Shown: positions 26,956-39,201, numbered from the stretch's first letter. The stretch: 64,000 nt of DNA from a bacterium (GCA_963692865.2 OY843592.1:864001-928000), one strand, 5' to 3'. The notes: generated by a model from the sequence alone, not told the origin. A program made the numbers and translations.

Positions 26956-29201
26956 GAGGGGGGCGCACCCCCCCGCTTCGGGCGTTTCGACTTCCCGTAG
27001 ATTCTCTTGTATTCGTGGTAGTAGCCCAGAACCCTTTTCACGTAGTTTTTCGTTTCCTGGTAGGGAATTTCCTCGATGAAGATTTCCACGGGCTTGCCGC
27101 GTCCGGCCTTCCACCATCTTTTGACGGGGCTTCGGCCCGCGTTGTAGCTCGCTATGGCGGGGACGAGCGCGCCGCCGAACTCGCGGATGAGCGCGCCCAA
27201 ATGCCTCGCGCCCAGCCGGGTGTTGATCCCGGGGTCGAAGAAGTCGTTCTTGGACTTGATTCGGATTTTGTGCTTTCTCGCGAGCCTGCGCCCGGTCGAG
27301 GGCATGAGTTGCATCAGCCCCATCGCGCCGGCGGGGGAGAACGCGCGCGGGTCGAAGGCGCTCTCCGCCCGGATGACGGCGTTCACCAGATAGGGGTCCG
27401 CCCCTCCAGGCTCCCTGCGCTTGACGGCGAGGGGATAGACGATCTCCCAGAACTCCCTCGGCAGGTCGCTTCCGCCCGCCCGCACCGCGTCCCAGAAGGA
27501 TGCGTTGACGAGGTAGATGGCGCGGTGGCTCTGGCCCGCCTTCGTGAATGCGCGCGCCGCGTGGTAGCGCGAATAGGGCGATGCGCCGAGGCGGCGGTAC
27601 TCCTTGGCGGCGAGTTCATGAAAACCCATGGAGGCGAGCAGCGCGGCCGCCTCCCGGACCGGAGCGCTTTTCGCTGGAGGCCGCAGCCACTTGCGGTAGC
27701 CCGCTTCGCCCAAAGGGGGTGGTTTCGGCGCGTCCGGATCTCCAGCGCGCGCGAGACGAGCGATGGCGCGCAGGGCGAGTTGGCCGTAATAGCGGCGGCG
27801 GTGTTCCCCGGCGCAGGCGCGGTAGTGGGCGAGCGCGCTCTTCCTGTCCCCCGTTCTCTCCGCCGATACGGCGGCCCAGTAGAGGGCGGAGGAGACCAGC
27901 CAGTGGTCGGGGTAAGCGCTCTTCATCTTCGAGAATCCCCGCTGCGCGCCTCGGAAGTCTCTGGATTGAAAGCGAATCCAGGCGAGTTGGAACAGCGCCT
28001 TGGGCGCGAGGGGCGAGCGCGGGTGGTTGGCGATCACCTCCCGGAAATGGCGCGCGGACTTTTTGTAGTTGCGGTCGTCCTCGTAGACGCGGGCGAGCAG
28101 GTAGCGCGTCTTCGCCGCCCATTTCCCCTTTCGCTTCTCCTTGAGCAGAAGCCTGGCCTGTTTCTCGAAGGCGCTCTGGTTTCCTTTGCGCAGGTGGTTT
28201 CTGGCCAGGAAATACCGCGCCTCCGCGCGCTGTTTATCACCCGGGGAGAAGTGCCTGATGGCGTGCCTGAGCGCGGGGTCCGCCTGTTTCGTCTTGCGCA
28301 GGGAAAACAGCGCGAGCGCCTCGTTGAAGACGGTGCCCCTGTGGTAGGGGGCCTTTGGAAACAGGCGCTTCAAATCCCCGAACCCTCGCAGCGCCTTTTT
28401 GAAGTGGTAGCGTTTTCTCAAGAGCCGGGCGCGTTCGTAGTGGTCTTTGGGTCCCGGTTTCTTGAGCGGAGGCGAGAGGGAGGCGCCGATTTTGAGCGAG
28501 CGTCTGAGCGCCCGCCGCGCGTAGGGATGCTCGGGGTGGCGCCGCCACAACTCCCGGTAGGCGAGCGCGGCCTGCTTGTTCCGCCTTGCGGCGCGAAGGG
28601 CCTTGGCGCGTCTGAGCAGAAAATCGGGCGCCTCGTAGCTTTTGGGATACAGGAGAAGATAGCGCCCGGCGACTTTCGCCGCGCGCAGGGGCTGCTTCTC
28701 CTCCCGGCGTATGCGTATCAACTCCTCGTATACGAAAGGAGGCTCGGGCGCGTTTCTTCCTTTTTTGACGAGCCTTTCAAGCGCGCCTCGGGCGGTGGAG
28801 TCATCCTTCGCTCCGATTGCGGCTTTCGCCAGAAACAGGAGCGAGTAGTTCTCGAGCGCGGGAGTTTCCTTGAGCGCTTTTTGGAACGATTCGACCGCCG
28901 GGCGGAACCGCTCGAGCTTCAGGTGGGCGTGCCCCAGCAGGAAAGAACGCCTGCCGCCCAGGAGCGTTTTCTCCCGGCGCAGCGTGCGGATGAGTTCCTC
29001 GTACCGCTCCTCGGCCAGGAGCTTCTCGATTCTTGCGGTAAGGGCCGGGCGCGCGGCTTCTTTCTTGTGCGATGGTTTCGCCGCGCGTGAAGAAGGCGCC
29101 TTGGCCGCAGGCGATGCGAGCGCGGGAAGCAGGAACATACAGAAGATGGCGATAATGCAGGCTCGCGGTTTCATATCGGTTTTTCGTTTGTTGATTTTCA
29201 T
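26952..29201 (-). CDS. slt: Soluble lytic murein transglycosylase with TPR repeats
   Basis: IRAESAF, GAMGLMQLMP, ASYNAG and IPYQETKNYV motifs; signal peptide. Confidence 0.9.
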   Translation of the reverse strand: MKINKRKTDMKPRACIIAIFCMFLLPALASPAAKAPSSRAAKPSHKKEAARPALTARIEKLLAEERYEELIRTLRREKTLLGGRRSFLLGHAHLKLERFRPAVESFQKALKETPALENYSLLFLAKAAIGAKDDSTARGALERLVKKGRNAPEPPFVYEELIRIRREEKQPLRAAKVAGRYLLLYPKSYEAPDFLLRRAKALRAARRNKQAALAYRELWRRHPEHPYARRALRRSLKIGASLSPPLKKPGPKDHYERARLLRKRYHFKKALRGFGDLKRLFPKAPYHRGTVFNEALALFSLRKTKQADPALRHAIRHFSPGDKQRAEARYFLARNHLRKGNQSAFEKQARLLLKEKRKGKWAAKTRYLLARVYEDDRNYKKSARHFREVIANHPRSPLAPKALFQLAWIRFQSRDFRGAQRGFSKMKSAYPDHWLVSSALYWAAVSAERTGDRKSALAHYRACAGEHRRRYYGQLALRAIARLARAGDPDAPKPPPLGEAGYRKWLRPPAKSAPVREAAALLASMGFHELAAKEYRRLGASPYSRYHAARAFTKAGQSHRAIYLVNASFWDAVRAGGSDLPREFWEIVYPLAVKRREPGGADPYLVNAVIRAESAFDPRAFSPAGAMGLMQLMPSTGRRLARKHKIRIKSKNDFFDPGINTRLGARHLGALIREFGGALVPAIASYNAGRSPVKRWWKAGRGKPVEIFIEEIPYQETKNYVKRVLGYYHEYKRIYGKSKRPKRGGAPPS

Positions 29202-30382
29202 TCCCCCCGTCGCTCGAATTCGGCCAGAACGGCCTGGCGCGCTTCTTCATCGAGAAGCAGGTCCGCCCCCGTCATCGCGAGCGCCTTGGCGCCGGTGAGC
29301 AGGACGCGCCTGCCCTCCGCACTCGCCGATGCCTGGGCGAACTCGGGCGTATGCGCTGAAACGCCGGGGGGAACCATCTGGATTTGCGGATGAATGGTGG
29401 GCGTTTGCCGGCTCACGTTCCCTACGTCGGACGATCCCATCCGCAGGGGCGGCGCCGAGTCGGGTTCATGAACGCCGAGGCGGTTCAGGTTTTTCAGGAA
29501 CAACGCCGCCAGGGGGTGGTTGACCCGCATGGGGGCGTAGGTGATGGGGTTTTTCTGCGTTTCGAGTTCCGTCCCCGTGGCCAGGGCCGCGCCTTCCGCG
29601 CAGGCGGCGACCCGCGCGAGCAGCGCGTCGAGTCCCTCCATCGTTTCGCTCCTCACGAAAAACCATGCGGAGGCTTTGTCGGGGATGATGTTGGGCGCCT
29701 CCCCGCCCTCGGTGATGACGCCGTGCACGCGGTCGCCGGACGGCAGTTGCTGGCGAAGCAGGGAGACGGCGCTGAACGTGGCGATGAGGGCGTCGAGCGC
29801 GTTTACGCCTTGCTCCGGCGCTGCGGAAGCGTGAGCGGCGCGTCCCCGGAAGTGGAAGCGAAGCTCCGAAAGAGCGAGAAAGTCGACGTCCACCCTGGTC
29901 TCGTCCGATGGGTGCATCATCATGGCGGCGTCCACGTCCCGGAACACGCCGGCCTGCGCCATCAGCACCTTGCCGCCGCCGCCCTCTTCTCCGGGCGTGC
30001 CGAAAACGGTGACGCCGCCGTATTCGGGGCCGAGCGCTTCTTTGAGCGCGACGCCCGCGGCCGCGCCGGCGACCCCGATGATGTTGTGCCCGCAGGCGTG
30101 GCCGAGGCCGGGCAGCGCGTCGTATTCGGAGAGAAACGATACGGAAGGCTTTTCCCCGTCCGCGGCGGGCCTGTCCGCGCGGAACGCGGTGGGCAGTTTC
30201 GCCACGCCCCGGGTGAGGGAGAAACCGTTGTTCTCCAGGTAGGCGCACAGGCGCTCGGCCGCGCGGTGTTCTTCCAGGCTCGTCTCCGGGTCCGCGTGAA
30301 TCGCGAGAGAAAGCGCCCACAGCGCGTCCGCCTCATCGTCGATCAGCTTCGATATGGCGGTTTTGGCCTCGTGAATGTCCAC
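29198..30382 (-). CDS. M20 amidohydrolase (AbgB/ACY1L2-like)
   Basis: EYDALPGLGHACGHN, GTPGEEGGGGK, GSSDVGNVS and HT motifs. Confidence 0.9.
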   Translation of the reverse strand: MDIHEAKTAISKLIDDEADALWALSLAIHADPETSLEEHRAAERLCAYLENNGFSLTRGVAKLPTAFRADRPAADGEKPSVSFLSEYDALPGLGHACGHNIIGVAGAAAGVALKEALGPEYGGVTVFGTPGEEGGGGKVLMAQAGVFRDVDAAMMMHPSDETRVDVDFLALSELRFHFRGRAAHASAAPEQGVNALDALIATFSAVSLLRQQLPSGDRVHGVITEGGEAPNIIPDKASAWFFVRSETMEGLDALLARVAACAEGAALATGTELETQKNPITYAPMRVNHPLAALFLKNLNRLGVHEPDSAPPLRMGSSDVGNVSRQTPTIHPQIQMVPPGVSAHTPEFAQASASAEGRRVLLTGAKALAMTGADLLLDEEARQAVLAEFERRGE

Positions 30383-30527
30383 TGCGGACTGCGCCTCCAG
30401 GGGCGGGCGGGAGGCTCATTATCACCAGCGTTTGGAGGAGATGTCAACGATTTCCATCGGCTCGTTTGGTTTGACGAGGACCATGAAAGGGGCGATACTG
30501 CAGGCTCCGCCCAGAAGGAGAATCGCA

Positions 30528-31289
30528 TTGCTCCCGTTTTTGGCCGCGGTCGCCTCGCCGGTGGGTGATTCGTCGCCGATCGCACCGACTCAAGAAGAAA
30601 TGGACATCATCACCCTCGCCACCCAATCGGGCGGCATGGTGTTTTTCGTTCTGCTGGTGCTCGTTTTCTTCTCGCTCTCTTCCTGGGCCATCATCATCTG
30701 GAAGTTCTGGGAGCTTAGAGGAGCGAGGCGCCGCTCGGCGTCGTTCGTCGATGCGTTCTGGCGCTCCAAGCGCCTCGACAGGCTGTACGCGGAACTCGAC
30801 GCGCACGAGAGCAGTCCGGTGGGCGAGGTATTCGCCGCGGGCTATCAGGAAGCCGAGCAGGTGCTGAAGACGCGCTCTCGGGAAGGGAACGAGGATTCGA
30901 GCGTTCTCACCTCGGAGATGACGGGGGTGGAGAGCGTCGAGCGCGCGCTGAGGCGCGCCGCGAACGAGCAGGTGAGCAGACTCGAGCGCATGCTGACCTT
31001 TCTGGCCACCACGGCGAGCGCCACGCCGTTCATCGGGCTCTTCGGCACGGTGTGGGGCATCATGAATTCGTTTCGCGAGATTGGCGCCAGGGGTTCCGCC
31101 GGGCTGGCCGTCGTCGCGCCGGGCATCAGCGAAGCGCTCATCGCCACGGCGCTCGGGCTGCTGGCGGCCATTCCCGCCGTGATCGCCTATAACCACTACC
31201 AGGGCCGCGTGAAGGTGATCGCGGATGAAATCGAAAACTTTACGGCGGATTTCCTCAACCTGGTCGACCGCCATTTCATGCGTTTATGA
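30528..31289 (+). CDS. tolQ: Tol-Pal system protein TolQ
   Basis: PFIGLFGTVWGIM and VAPGISEALIATA.GL motifs; start at TTG 30528 (AAGGAG RBS) or ATG 30600. Confidence 0.93.
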   Translation: MLPFLAAVASPVGDSSPIAPTQEEMDIITLATQSGGMVFFVLLVLVFFSLSSWAIIIWKFWELRGARRRSASFVDAFWRSKRLDRLYAELDAHESSPVGEVFAAGYQEAEQVLKTRSREGNEDSSVLTSEMTGVESVERALRRAANEQVSRLERMLTFLATTASATPFIGLFGTVWGIMNSFREIGARGSAGLAVVAPGISEALIATALGLLAAIPAVIAYNHYQGRVKVIADEIENFTADFLNLVDRHFMRL

Positions 31290-31304
31290 CGAGCGGAGCT
31301 TCCC

Positions 31305-31745
31305 GTGGCCGTTAAGCTGAACCGTGGTTCGAGCATCTCGGACATCAACGTCACGCCGCTCGTGGACGTGATGCTGGTGCTGCTGGTGATCTTCATGGTC
31401 ACGGCGCCTCTGCTGGAGACGCAGAACCAGGCCGTGAACGTGGATTTGCCCCAGGTGCAGGCGGCGAAGGCGAACGTGGCCGAGGATGCCGTCGTCATCA
31501 CGTTGGACAAAAAACGCGACATGTATATAAATGATAATCCGCTGGCCGCCTCCGAGCTGAAGGAGAAGCTCACGGCGCTCTTCAGGGACAGGAGGCGCAA
31601 GGAAATCTTTCTCAGGGCGGACCGCGCGGTTCCCTATGGCGAGGTGGTGGAGGTCATGGCCATCATTCGCGCGGCGGGCATCAACCGCCTCAATATGGTG
31701 ACCGACCCCCTGGAACCCTCTCGGGGCGGGCGGCGCAGACGCTGA
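31305..31745 (+). CDS. tolR: Tol-Pal system protein TolR
   Basis: INVTPLVDVMLVLLVIFMVTAP and LRAD..V.YG motifs. Confidence 0.93.
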   Translation: MAVKLNRGSSISDINVTPLVDVMLVLLVIFMVTAPLLETQNQAVNVDLPQVQAAKANVAEDAVVITLDKKRDMYINDNPLAASELKEKLTALFRDRRRKEIFLRADRAVPYGEVVEVMAIIRAAGINRLNMVTDPLEPSRGGRRRR

Positions 31746-31760
31746 GAAATCGGTGGTCTC

Positions 31761-32849
31761 ATGAATAACAAACCGCAGTTCTCGCAAGATTCCAATCCCG
31801 CCGACGTGGGTTCACCCCGTTCGGGCGCAGGCTTCGGGGAAGCGAACGGCAAGACGGGCGGGTTGCTTCGCGACCGCCGGTTTCTCAGGGCGCTGGCGGC
31901 TTCGGTTGTTTTGCACGCCGCGCTCTTCGTTTGGGTGAGCCTGGCGCCCTCTCAGCCGAAGTACCGGTTTTTCGGAAGCGGAACGGCCGTCAGCCTGGTG
32001 GGAGCGGATGAAATCCCGGGCGGTTCGGCGCGCGGGAAATCCGGCGATCGGCCCGAGGACCTGGAAGCGCCGACTCCCCGAAAAGGGCCGGACGAGGGGA
32101 CGAGGAAGATAGCGGCGCCCGAGAAAAAAACCGCGCCCGCCAAGGCGAAGAACGCGCCCGCCAAGGCGAAGAAGAAAAAGGTCGCCGTCAGGAAGGTCAA
32201 GAAGAAAACCCCGCGCAAAAAAGAAGTTCGGCGCATCCCGAAAAAGAAGCCCAGGAAGGTCGTGCGGAAAAAGAAAAAGCGCGACCGCGTTCGCGAAGCG
32301 CGCCTCAAGCGGATACGCGATCGTAGAGAGCGCGCCAGGCGTTGGCGCAATCGTTTCAAGAAGAGCGCGAAGAAAAAGCCGATTCAAAAGAACAAGCAAC
32401 CGCGCGATGACTGGAAGAGCGATGATCGCCTGGCGAAAGCGAACCTCGCGCCCAAGGCCCGCGCGCCCCGTAAGGGATACGCCGGCGAGGGGGGAGGCGA
32501 CGGGCAGGGCGGCGGCAGCCGCGCGGGCGGCAGCGGCGGCGTCGCGCGAACGGATAAGGAGCGATACTATGGGCTTCTGGCGGAGCGCATTCGGGGTTTC
32601 TGGACGGTGCCGCCCGGTATTGCAGATTTAATCCAGCTCAAGACCGATGTCGCGATAGACGTGGATCGAGGGGGGAATTACCGCAATTTGCGGGTCGTGC
32701 GCTACAGCGGGAACCACATTTACGATCAGGCGGCGCTGCGCGCCGTGCAGCGGGCCGCCGAACCCTCCCTGCCCAAACCGCCCGATACGATCAAGGAAAA
32801 CTGGCTTTTGCTCGGTTTCCGGTTCTGCGGAAGGGATTTTTGCCGTTGA
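31761..32849 (+). CDS. tolA: TolA/TonB-family energy transducer
   Basis: TM with S...H motif (SVVLH), long K/R-rich linker, C-terminal SG...YD.AA.RAV domain; lies between tolR and tolB. Confidence 0.8.
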   Translation: MNNKPQFSQDSNPADVGSPRSGAGFGEANGKTGGLLRDRRFLRALAASVVLHAALFVWVSLAPSQPKYRFFGSGTAVSLVGADEIPGGSARGKSGDRPEDLEAPTPRKGPDEGTRKIAAPEKKTAPAKAKNAPAKAKKKKVAVRKVKKKTPRKKEVRRIPKKKPRKVVRKKKKRDRVREARLKRIRDRRERARRWRNRFKKSAKKKPIQKNKQPRDDWKSDDRLAKANLAPKARAPRKGYAGEGGGDGQGGGSRAGGSGGVARTDKERYYGLLAERIRGFWTVPPGIADLIQLKTDVAIDVDRGGNYRNLRVVRYSGNHIYDQAALRAVQRAAEPSLPKPPDTIKENWLLLGFRFCGRDFCR

Positions 32850-32893
32850 TGCGAGAAAAAATTCAGACCAGACCATACAAGCGGGGGAGCCGG

Positions 32894-34198
32894 ATGCTTC
32901 CTCGGGCTGTCTTTCTCATCACCATGATTCTCTCATGGCCGCAAGGGGCGGAAGCTGCGCGCGAGTTCATCGACATCTATTCGCCCACGGCGAGAAAGAT
33001 TCGACTGGCCGTCCCGGAGTTTCGCCCCCTGGGCGGCGCGCGCGACCCGCTGGGGCTCAAGATAGCGCAAGTCATCGAGTCGGACCTCAGGCGCAGCGGT
33101 TTGTTCTTCATTCCCGACCGCAAGGGCTATCTGGAGAACCCCATGCGCGCGGGGATTCGAAGGGACGAACAGCGCTTCTCCGACTGGAGCAAGGTGGTCA
33201 AGGTGGAGGCCCTCATCAAGGGCGGCTACGAGATTTCGGGAAAAACCATCACGGCGGAGGTCTACCTGTACGATACGCTCCGCTCCGCCCAGGAGTTGGG
33301 CAAGCGGTACCGCTACCCCAAGAGCGGATGGCGCTTGCTGGCCCACCGGTTCGCCAACGCGGTGCTGGAGCGCTTCACGGGAGACAAGGGGGTGTTCGAC
33401 ACCCAGATCGCCTTCGTATCGAGGCGTTCGCTCAAAGAGCGCGGAGAGATATTCATCATGGACTGGGACGGCGCCGAACTCAGGCGCGTGACGCGCAACG
33501 GCATGGGAAACAACGCGCCCGCGTGGTCTCCGGACGGGAGATGGATGGCGTATTCATCGTTCAAGTCCAGGCCGCCCGGCGTGTTCTTGCTGCCCACGAA
33601 CGGGTCGCGCGAGTTCAAGGTGAGTTCTTCCCGCGCGCAGGCCATCGGAGGCGCTTTTTCTCCGAACTCACGCTATTTTGCGTTTTCCGAACTTGTGAGA
33701 CGAAACTATGAGATTTTCCGCTACGATTTGCGCACTCGCGTGAAGAGGAGGCTCACGCGGAGCTTTGGGATAGACGTATCTCCCACGTTCTCTCCGGACG
33801 GCAAAAAAATCGCATTTACGTCAAGCCGCTCGGGGAATCCCCATATTTACGTCATGAACGTGGACGGCTCCGGCCCGAAGCGCATCACGTTCAAGGGAAA
33901 ATACAACACCGAACCCGAGTGGAGCCCCCGGGGGGACAGAATCGCCTTGACGAGCCGCATCAAACGGGGAAAGGAAATAGATATCGCCACCATGAACGTC
34001 GACGGCACCGACCTTCGCCGCCTCACGGGCAGCCAGGGCCGCAACGAATCTCCCACCTGGTCTCCCGATGGCCGGCACATCGCTTTTTCCTCCGATCGGA
34101 GCGGCAGAAAATATGTATACGTGATGACCTCCGCCGGCACGCAACTCAAGCGGCTCCAACCCGGACAGGAACCCGCCTGGTCGCCCACATCGAAGTGA
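32894..34198 (+). CDS. tolB: Tol-Pal system beta-propeller protein TolB
   Basis: TolB_N (AH..AN....FTG..GVFDTQIAFVS) followed by PD40 P.WSPDG repeats. Confidence 0.93.
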   Translation: MLPRAVFLITMILSWPQGAEAAREFIDIYSPTARKIRLAVPEFRPLGGARDPLGLKIAQVIESDLRRSGLFFIPDRKGYLENPMRAGIRRDEQRFSDWSKVVKVEALIKGGYEISGKTITAEVYLYDTLRSAQELGKRYRYPKSGWRLLAHRFANAVLERFTGDKGVFDTQIAFVSRRSLKERGEIFIMDWDGAELRRVTRNGMGNNAPAWSPDGRWMAYSSFKSRPPGVFLLPTNGSREFKVSSSRAQAIGGAFSPNSRYFAFSELVRRNYEIFRYDLRTRVKRRLTRSFGIDVSPTFSPDGKKIAFTSSRSGNPHIYVMNVDGSGPKRITFKGKYNTEPEWSPRGDRIALTSRIKRGKEIDIATMNVDGTDLRRLTGSQGRNESPTWSPDGRHIAFSSDRSGRKYVYVMTSAGTQLKRLQPGQEPAWSPTSK

Positions 34199-34244
34199 AA
34201 TTTTGAAAATCGGAAAATATCTATCTAAAAAACGAGAAACGGGC

Positions 34245-34273
34245 TTGCTCATCGCGCATTCGCCCTTTATACT
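34245..34273 (+). promoter_or_regulatory. Internal sigma70 promoter for pal
   Basis: TTGCTC-17nt-TATACT. Confidence 0.55.
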
Positions 34274-34386
34274 TCGCCGATGTATGTCTGAGGATGGATG
34301 AAGAGGGGAAGAGTTTCCGCTCCGTGATATATCGCGCTTCTCACTCTGAACATAGACGAACTAGAGACTCCGAGGGGGATGTCTGC

Positions 34387-34977
34387 ATGTTTTTATCGGG
34401 CCGTGTTAAATCTTTTCAATCCTTGTTGATGACGGCGATGCTCGTCTTCGCCGTGGGTTGCGTGAAGCAAACGGTGGAAACCGAGGAACTGCCGCCGCCC
34501 AAACCGCCGGCTCCCATGGTGAGAAAAGCGCCACCTCCCAAACCCGTGAAAAAGGTCGAGAGGGATATGACGGAGGAGGAGCGTCGTCGCAAACGCGCCG
34601 CTTTCAAACGCTCGTTGGCCGAGTTTGAAAACGATCTGGTCTACTTCGATTTCGACAAATCGGATGTTCGCCCCGACATGCGCGCGACTCTGGATGCCAA
34701 GGCCCGCTTCCTGCAGGAGTTTCCCAGCATTCGGGTGCAAGTCGAGGGCCATTGCGACGAGCGCGGCACGGTGGAATACAACATCGCGCTCGGCCACAGG
34801 CGTTCGCAGAGTTCCAAGGATTATCTCGTCTCGCTCGGCGTCCAGGCTTCCCGGATCGATACGGTGAGTTACGGCGAGGAGCGCCCGGCGGATTCGCGCT
34901 CCAATGAGGCGGGATGGGCCAAGAACCGGCGAGCGAAGTTCAACGTCATCGGCGGTATTCCGGCGGGCATGAATTAG
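34387..34977 (+). CDS. pal: Peptidoglycan-associated lipoprotein
   Basis: Lipobox AVGC; YFDFDKS, EGHCDERGT.EYN.ALG, SYGEERP and NRRA motifs. Confidence 0.95.
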   Translation: MFLSGRVKSFQSLLMTAMLVFAVGCVKQTVETEELPPPKPPAPMVRKAPPPKPVKKVERDMTEEERRRKRAAFKRSLAEFENDLVYFDFDKSDVRPDMRATLDAKARFLQEFPSIRVQVEGHCDERGTVEYNIALGHRRSQSSKDYLVSLGVQASRIDTVSYGEERPADSRSNEAGWAKNRRAKFNVIGGIPAGMN

Positions 34978-35007
34978 TCGTCCGACTGTCCAACGCGAGC
35001 GAAAAGG

Positions 35008-35044
35008 ACTCCCCGTCGGCGCCAGCCGCCGGGGAGTTTTTCTT
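35008..35044 (+). terminator. Hairpin with U tail between pal and cpoB
   Basis: ACTCCCCG...CGGGGAGT followed by TTTT. Confidence 0.65.
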
Positions 35045-35045
35045 C

Positions 35046-36056
35046 ATGAATACTTTCAAAGCATCCAGACTCAGGTTTTTCTCGCTGGTGGCGCTGTCTT
35101 TTGCTTTGCTCGGTTGTCCCGAGGTCGATTCTCCGGTGGGTGGCCCGGGCGGAGGAGTCGTCCCGGGAACGGGTTCGCCGCCGCGCCCCGCGCCGCCCTC
35201 TCGAATCGTTGCGCAAAGACCGCCGGTCGATGTTTCGGCGATCGAGAAGAATCTGCAAGGGCTCAGGCGCGGGATGCGGAACCAGGAGCAGCGCATCGAG
35301 GAGGCGCGCGAAGCGATTCAGGGGATCACGGACGAGGTCGAGCGCGCGCGGAAGGATTCCGAAAAATCTCTCGAAGAAGCCGGGAAGATCATCGCGAAGC
35401 TTCAGGAGCGAATCGAAAAGCTCGAAAATGAGGTGAGCCGGTTGCGTTCGAAGCCTCCCGTGGAGGCGGCGCAGAAAAAAGTGGAGGTTGTCGTCACGGC
35501 GGCGGGCGCGCCGTCTCGGATGCCGCCCGTAGGCCTTCCTCCCGCCGATGGGCGAATCGCGTCCGCAGGCTTGCCGCACAGCCGGGATGCTCAGGCCGTG
35601 GGCGTTCCTGCTCCGGACGCGCGGGTCGCCGTTATTCCCAAAGAGCCGGCGAACCAGCCTCAAAAGCCTGCGCCGATGCCTCCCGATCCCGAAGAGGACT
35701 ATACCCGGGCCATCCGCGTCTTGCGCGATGAGAGAAGTTTCGCGAAGGCGCGCGGCTTGCTGAACGGGTTCATCTCCAGGTACCCCACGCATGAACTGGC
35801 GGATGACGCGCAGTACTGGATAGGGCAGTCCTATTTCGAGGAGAAGAATTTCGAGCGCGCCATCCTGGCGTTCAACAAGGTGCAGGTCGATTACGCCAAT
35901 GGGGACAAGGCGCCGGAGGCCCTTCTTCTGGAGGCGCTCTCGTTTTTGAACCTGGGCGACCGCCCAAGCGCCAGGGAACTGCTCGGCCGCGTGATTGACA
36001 AGTACCCGGATTCGAACGCGGCGGCCACCGCCCGCGAGCGCCTCGAATCGCTCTAG
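35046..36056 (+). CDS. cpoB: Cell division coordinator CpoB/YbgF (lipoprotein type)
   Basis: Lipobox LLGC, coiled coil, C-terminal TPR (YP...LADDAQYW.G, KAPEALL, YP.S.AA..A). Confidence 0.88.
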   Translation: MNTFKASRLRFFSLVALSFALLGCPEVDSPVGGPGGGVVPGTGSPPRPAPPSRIVAQRPPVDVSAIEKNLQGLRRGMRNQEQRIEEAREAIQGITDEVERARKDSEKSLEEAGKIIAKLQERIEKLENEVSRLRSKPPVEAAQKKVEVVVTAAGAPSRMPPVGLPPADGRIASAGLPHSRDAQAVGVPAPDARVAVIPKEPANQPQKPAPMPPDPEEDYTRAIRVLRDERSFAKARGLLNGFISRYPTHELADDAQYWIGQSYFEEKNFERAILAFNKVQVDYANGDKAPEALLLEALSFLNLGDRPSARELLGRVIDKYPDSNAAATARERLESL

Positions 36057-36067
36057 GTGTTTCCTGA

Positions 36068-38155
<2,088 letters not shown>

Positions 38156-38243
38156 CCTTCGTTTGTTGCTTTTCCTATGATCAAGGTCAAATGTCACGTA
38201 TTCACATGCAGCGATACATCTTTTTTCTCATGGAAACCTTCTG

Positions 38244-39125
38244 ATGAGCCGGGTTCGCAAGGCCGTTTTTCCTGTGGCGGGGCTCGGCACGCGGTTTTTG
38301 CCCGCCACCAAGGTGATCCCGAAAGAGATGCTTCCCATCGTGGACATCCCGCAAATCCAAATCGGCGTACAGGAGGCGCTCGACGCCGGCATCGAGGAGA
38401 TCGTCTTCGTTACCGGGCGCGGGAAGGTCTCGATGGTGGACCACTTCGACGTCGCCTTCGAGGTGGAATCCTACCTGCGCGACAGGGGCGAGGAGAGGCT
38501 GTTGGCCGTGGTGGAGGAGATCTCGCAAAAAGCGCGCATCACGTCCATCCGCCAGAAGCGTCCGCTGGGTTTGGGTCATGCGATCCTGTGCGCGAAGCCG
38601 GCCGTGGGAGATGAGCCTTTCGCCGTCATATTGTCCGATGACGTCATCAAGAGCGAAGAGCCCGCCATCGGCCAGCTGGCGCGCGTGTTCGATGCGCATG
38701 GCGGCGGCGTGGTCGCGGGGCTGCGGGTCGAAAAGCGCGCGCTCTCCAAATACGGCGTCATCGAGCCTTCCGGCGAACCGCCGCCCGCCCCGGGCGTCAC
38801 GCCGCTCAAGGGGATGGTCGAAAAACCAGAGCCGGAAGATGCGCCCTCGGACGTCGCCATCATCGGGCGCTACGTTTTGCCTCCCGAGATTTTCGAGGTG
38901 CTCGAACGCATGAAGCCGGATGCAAAGGGAGAGATTCAGCTCACAGACGGGTTGCGGGGACTGCTGGAGCACGCCAGGCTTTACGCCTATGAGTACGAGG
39001 GAAAACGCTTTGACGCGGGTGATAAGCTGGGCTTTTTGGAGGCGACGGTCGAGTTCGCTCTGGAGCGCGAGGACATCGGCCCCGCATTTCGCAATTATTT
39101 AAGGAGATTGACAGACTCATGGTAG
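38244..39125 (+). CDS. galU: UTP--glucose-1-phosphate uridylyltransferase
   Basis: KAVFPVAGLGTRFLPATK..PKEMLP, LGLGHA, VEKP and GEIQLTD motifs. Confidence 0.95.
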   Translation: MSRVRKAVFPVAGLGTRFLPATKVIPKEMLPIVDIPQIQIGVQEALDAGIEEIVFVTGRGKVSMVDHFDVAFEVESYLRDRGEERLLAVVEEISQKARITSIRQKRPLGLGHAILCAKPAVGDEPFAVILSDDVIKSEEPAIGQLARVFDAHGGGVVAGLRVEKRALSKYGVIEPSGEPPPAPGVTPLKGMVEKPEPEDAPSDVAIIGRYVLPPEIFEVLERMKPDAKGEIQLTDGLRGLLEHARLYAYEYEGKRFDAGDKLGFLEATVEFALEREDIGPAFRNYLRRLTDSW

Positions 39126-39201
39126 CGGAAGAACCTGCGCCTGACCCCGAACCTCCGGGGCGGATACCTTTTCATCACAATCGGCCGGGAGGCATGGACT
39201 G

